From: Microbacterium sp.
Lineage (GTDB): Bacteria > Actinomycetota > Actinomycetes > Actinomycetales > Microbacteriaceae
Direction: 5' to 3'
NCBI GenBank assembly: GCA_052092505.1
Contig: JBQDDT010000001.1
Coordinates: forward strand, 1 to 49,306
Length of the DNA stretch: 49,306 nt
The notes under the pieces were generated by a model. That model searched no databases and was not told the DNA's origin. It was given only the letters and a program-made list of their open reading frames with translations. Both the position numbers and the translations under genes were made by a program. This document shows positions 47,073 to 49,306 of this stretch, piece by piece. The number at the start of each line of letters is the position of its first letter. Within the stretch, counting starts at the first letter, position 1.

Positions 47073-48563
47073 ATGAACGCGTACGAGCGGAAGCAGATCG
47101 ACTGGGCGGCCCGCGAGGAGCTCGCCGAGCGGATGATCCCCCTCATCGGCCGGCTCTATCGCGAGCGCGGGATCGTCCCGTCGATCCACGGCCGTCGGCT
47201 CGTCGGGCGCTCGCCGATCGACATCCTCAAGGCCCACCGCTTCGCCCGCCTCGCGGGCGACGACGTGCTCGATCCGACGAAGACCCTCGCGGTCCTCGAG
47301 TCCCTGGCCGGCCTCGGCCTCGGTGCGGTCTCGATCGACGTCGCGCGGCTGACGGAGCGCTTCGATGCGCTGGGCGGGGAGTACGAGCCCGAGGCGCTCG
47401 CCGACTTCCTCCGCTCCGAGCTCGCGGAGGTCGTGGGGGCGGAGCCGGCGCGCCCGACCGACGTCGTCCTCTACGGCTTCGGGCGGATCGGGCGGCTCGT
47501 CGCCCGCATCCTCATCTCGCACGCGAGCATCAGCTCCGGCCTGCGGCTGCGGGCGATCGTCGTGCGCAAGGGCGGCGACACCGACCTGCGCAAGCGCGCG
47601 AGCCTCCTGCGGCGCGACTCCGTCCACGGGGCGTTCCAGGGCTCGATCGAGGTCGACGAGGAGCAGCAGACGATCCTCGCGAACGGCACCCTCATCCGCG
47701 TGATCTACTCCGACGACCCGGCATCGATCGACTACACGGCCCACGGGATCCACGACGCGATCGTCGTGGACAACACCGGCCGCTGGCGCGACGAGGCCGG
47801 GCTCGGGCAGCACCTGCGCGCGAAGGGCGTCGCCCGCGTCCTGCTCACGGCCCCCGGAACGGGCGGGATCAAGAACATCGTCCACGGGATCAACAGCGAC
47901 GCGATCGGGCAGGACGACGCGATCCTGTCGGCCGCCTCGTGCACGACGAACGCGATCACCCCGGTGCTCGCGGCGCTCGACGAGGCGTACGGGGTCGAGC
48001 GGGGGCACGTCGAGACGGTGCACTCGTTCACGAACGACCAGAACCTCATCGACAACTTCCACAAGGGCGATCGCCGAGGGCGCGCCGCCTCCCTCAACAT
48101 GGTCATCACCGAGACGGGGGCGGCGAAGGCGGTCGCGAAGGCCCTGCCGCAGCTGGCGGGGCGGCTCACGGGATCGGCGATCCGCGTGCCGACGCCCGAC
48201 GTCTCGCTCGCGATCCTGAACCTCCAGCTGAGGCGTCCGGTCACGAGAGCGGAGGTGAACGCCTTCCTGCGGGAGACGTCGCTGAACTCCCGGCTGCGCC
48301 AGCAGATCGACTACGTGGAATCGCCGGAGGTCGTCTCGACCGACTTCGTGGGGAGCAGCCGCGCGGGGATCGTCGACGGGCTGGCGACCCAGGCCGAGGG
48401 CGACGACAACGTCGTCCTCTATGTCTGGTACGACAACGAGTTCGGCTATTCGTGCCAGGTCGTCCGCGTGATCGAGAGGATGGCGGAAGCGCATCCGATC
48501 CAGCTTCCCGAGCGCGAGACGGTCGCACGCGAGGCGGAAGTCGCCCTCGCGCAGACCGTCTGA
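47073..48563 (+). CDS. gap: Glyceraldehyde-3-phosphate dehydrogenase, long form with N-terminal extension
   Basis: LYGFGRIGR, DSVHG, DNTG, SAASCTTNA, TGAAKAV, RVPTPDVS, WYDNEFGY. Confidence 0.93.
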   Translation: MNAYERKQIDWAAREELAERMIPLIGRLYRERGIVPSIHGRRLVGRSPIDILKAHRFARLAGDDVLDPTKTLAVLESLAGLGLGAVSIDVARLTERFDALGGEYEPEALADFLRSELAEVVGAEPARPTDVVLYGFGRIGRLVARILISHASISSGLRLRAIVVRKGGDTDLRKRASLLRRDSVHGAFQGSIEVDEEQQTILANGTLIRVIYSDDPASIDYTAHGIHDAIVVDNTGRWRDEAGLGQHLRAKGVARVLLTAPGTGGIKNIVHGINSDAIGQDDAILSAASCTTNAITPVLAALDEAYGVERGHVETVHSFTNDQNLIDNFHKGDRRGRAASLNMVITETGAAKAVAKALPQLAGRLTGSAIRVPTPDVSLAILNLQLRRPVTRAEVNAFLRETSLNSRLRQQIDYVESPEVVSTDFVGSSRAGIVDGLATQAEGDDNVVLYVWYDNEFGYSCQVVRVIERMAEAHPIQLPERETVAREAEVALAQTV

Positions 48564-48624
48564 CACGAGCGGATCCGCCCGCACCGCCGGCCTCGGCTAA
48601 TCTCGTATGAGGTGAGGAGGACCG

Positions 48625-49287
48625 GTGGGACGTAACGCCGACGCGATCGCAGAGGGCGAGGCCATCGCCCTGTCCGCCGCGCGTCTCGAGGTGAAGAACC
48701 GGATCCTCGTCAGCACGATCGCCGTCGGCGCGAACTTCGATCTCGATCGGTTCGTGCCGGAGGCTCGTGACGTGATCGAGCGACTGGCCGTGGAATCCGA
48801 GGAGGCCTCCGCCCAGCTCGCGAAGCTGCGCAAGCGCGCGTGGGGGCGCCACTCGCAGTCGTACGGCACGCACGACTACCGCGATCGCGACGTGCGCAAC
48901 CTCCGTCGGCGCATGCGCCAGTCCACGGGTGTCGCGAAGCGGCTGCGCGCGCTCCTCGACGACACCGACGGGCTCCGTGAGATCGTCGAGCACGCACGCG
49001 ACGCGGCCTGGCACGACGTGGAGTCGAACATCGACCGACGCCTGAACATCGAGGCGATGCGCCCGGACGAGGACCCCGACTACGGGCGGATGCGCGACGC
49101 CAGGATGCAGGCGCTGCGGCTCGTCGACCTGCAGCAGCTCGCCTCCCAGGCGCGGGCGCGCAAGAAGGTTGCCGGGCGCGGCGGGGCGGGCGATGCCGAC
49201 GAGGACGCCGCGTCCGCCTCCTGTCCCGCTCCGTCCGCGGGCTGGGCCGCGGCCGAGGGGGCGGACGGACTCCGCGCGGCGGGTTGA
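48625..49287 (+). CDS. Hypothetical alpha-helical protein
   Basis: SD GAGGAGG before GTG, TAATCT -10 upstream, host-like codon usage; no recognisable catalytic motif. Confidence 0.7.
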   Translation: MGRNADAIAEGEAIALSAARLEVKNRILVSTIAVGANFDLDRFVPEARDVIERLAVESEEASAQLAKLRKRAWGRHSQSYGTHDYRDRDVRNLRRRMRQSTGVAKRLRALLDDTDGLREIVEHARDAAWHDVESNIDRRLNIEAMRPDEDPDYGRMRDARMQALRLVDLQQLASQARARKKVAGRGGAGDADEDAASASCPAPSAGWAAAEGADGLRAAG

Positions 49288-49306
49288 GGGGGTTGGCCCG
49301 GGGCGG

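Noticed and set aside
48625-49287. Enzyme label (similar proteins are, from memory, sometimes tagged asparagine synthase)
   Set aside because: No glutamine amidotransferase Cys or SGGxDS motif; left as hypothetical

Overview
High-GC actinobacterial chromosome segment; gene content and order suggest Microbacteriaceae (Microbacterium-like; inference). 1-23.4 kb is mostly core: partial tRNA-Glu, M23 peptidase, ppa, tilS-hpt-ftsH-folE-folP/folB(fused)-folK, DUF3180, two PH-domain membrane proteins, DUF2520/PanG-like, lysS, DUF4192, gluconokinase, TetR with a divergent membrane protein, cls, lipid kinase, serS, HAD hydrolase and two tRNA-Ser. Directly after tRNA-Ser(GCT) lies a ~21 kb accessory locus (23.5-44.2 kb), the most interesting part of the window. 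It holds a DUF4012-like protein, a divergent esterase-TPR protein and an apparent 9-gene operon: a triple ATP-grasp protein (two decayed units, one intact), a TagB/TagF-family phosphotransferase, a second ATP-grasp ligase, a LicC/PntC-like nucleotidyltransferase, a TauCAB-like ABC importer and two giant fusions (LRR-CapA-CapA*-MurF-like and MurC-term*-LRR-MurF-like-LRR). I infer an undescribed system that builds or decorates a surface polymer by amide ligation, possibly using imported taurine or aminoethylphosphonate. The window ends with an LLM oxidoreductase, a MinD/ParA-like ATPase, a long-form GAPDH and a hypothetical gene. Non-coding signals include a dispersed loop-less palindrome with a compensatory change, MtrA-box-like 9-bp repeats, twin TetR operators and many leaderless promoters. 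All family calls come from recognising motifs by eye; no database searches were run.
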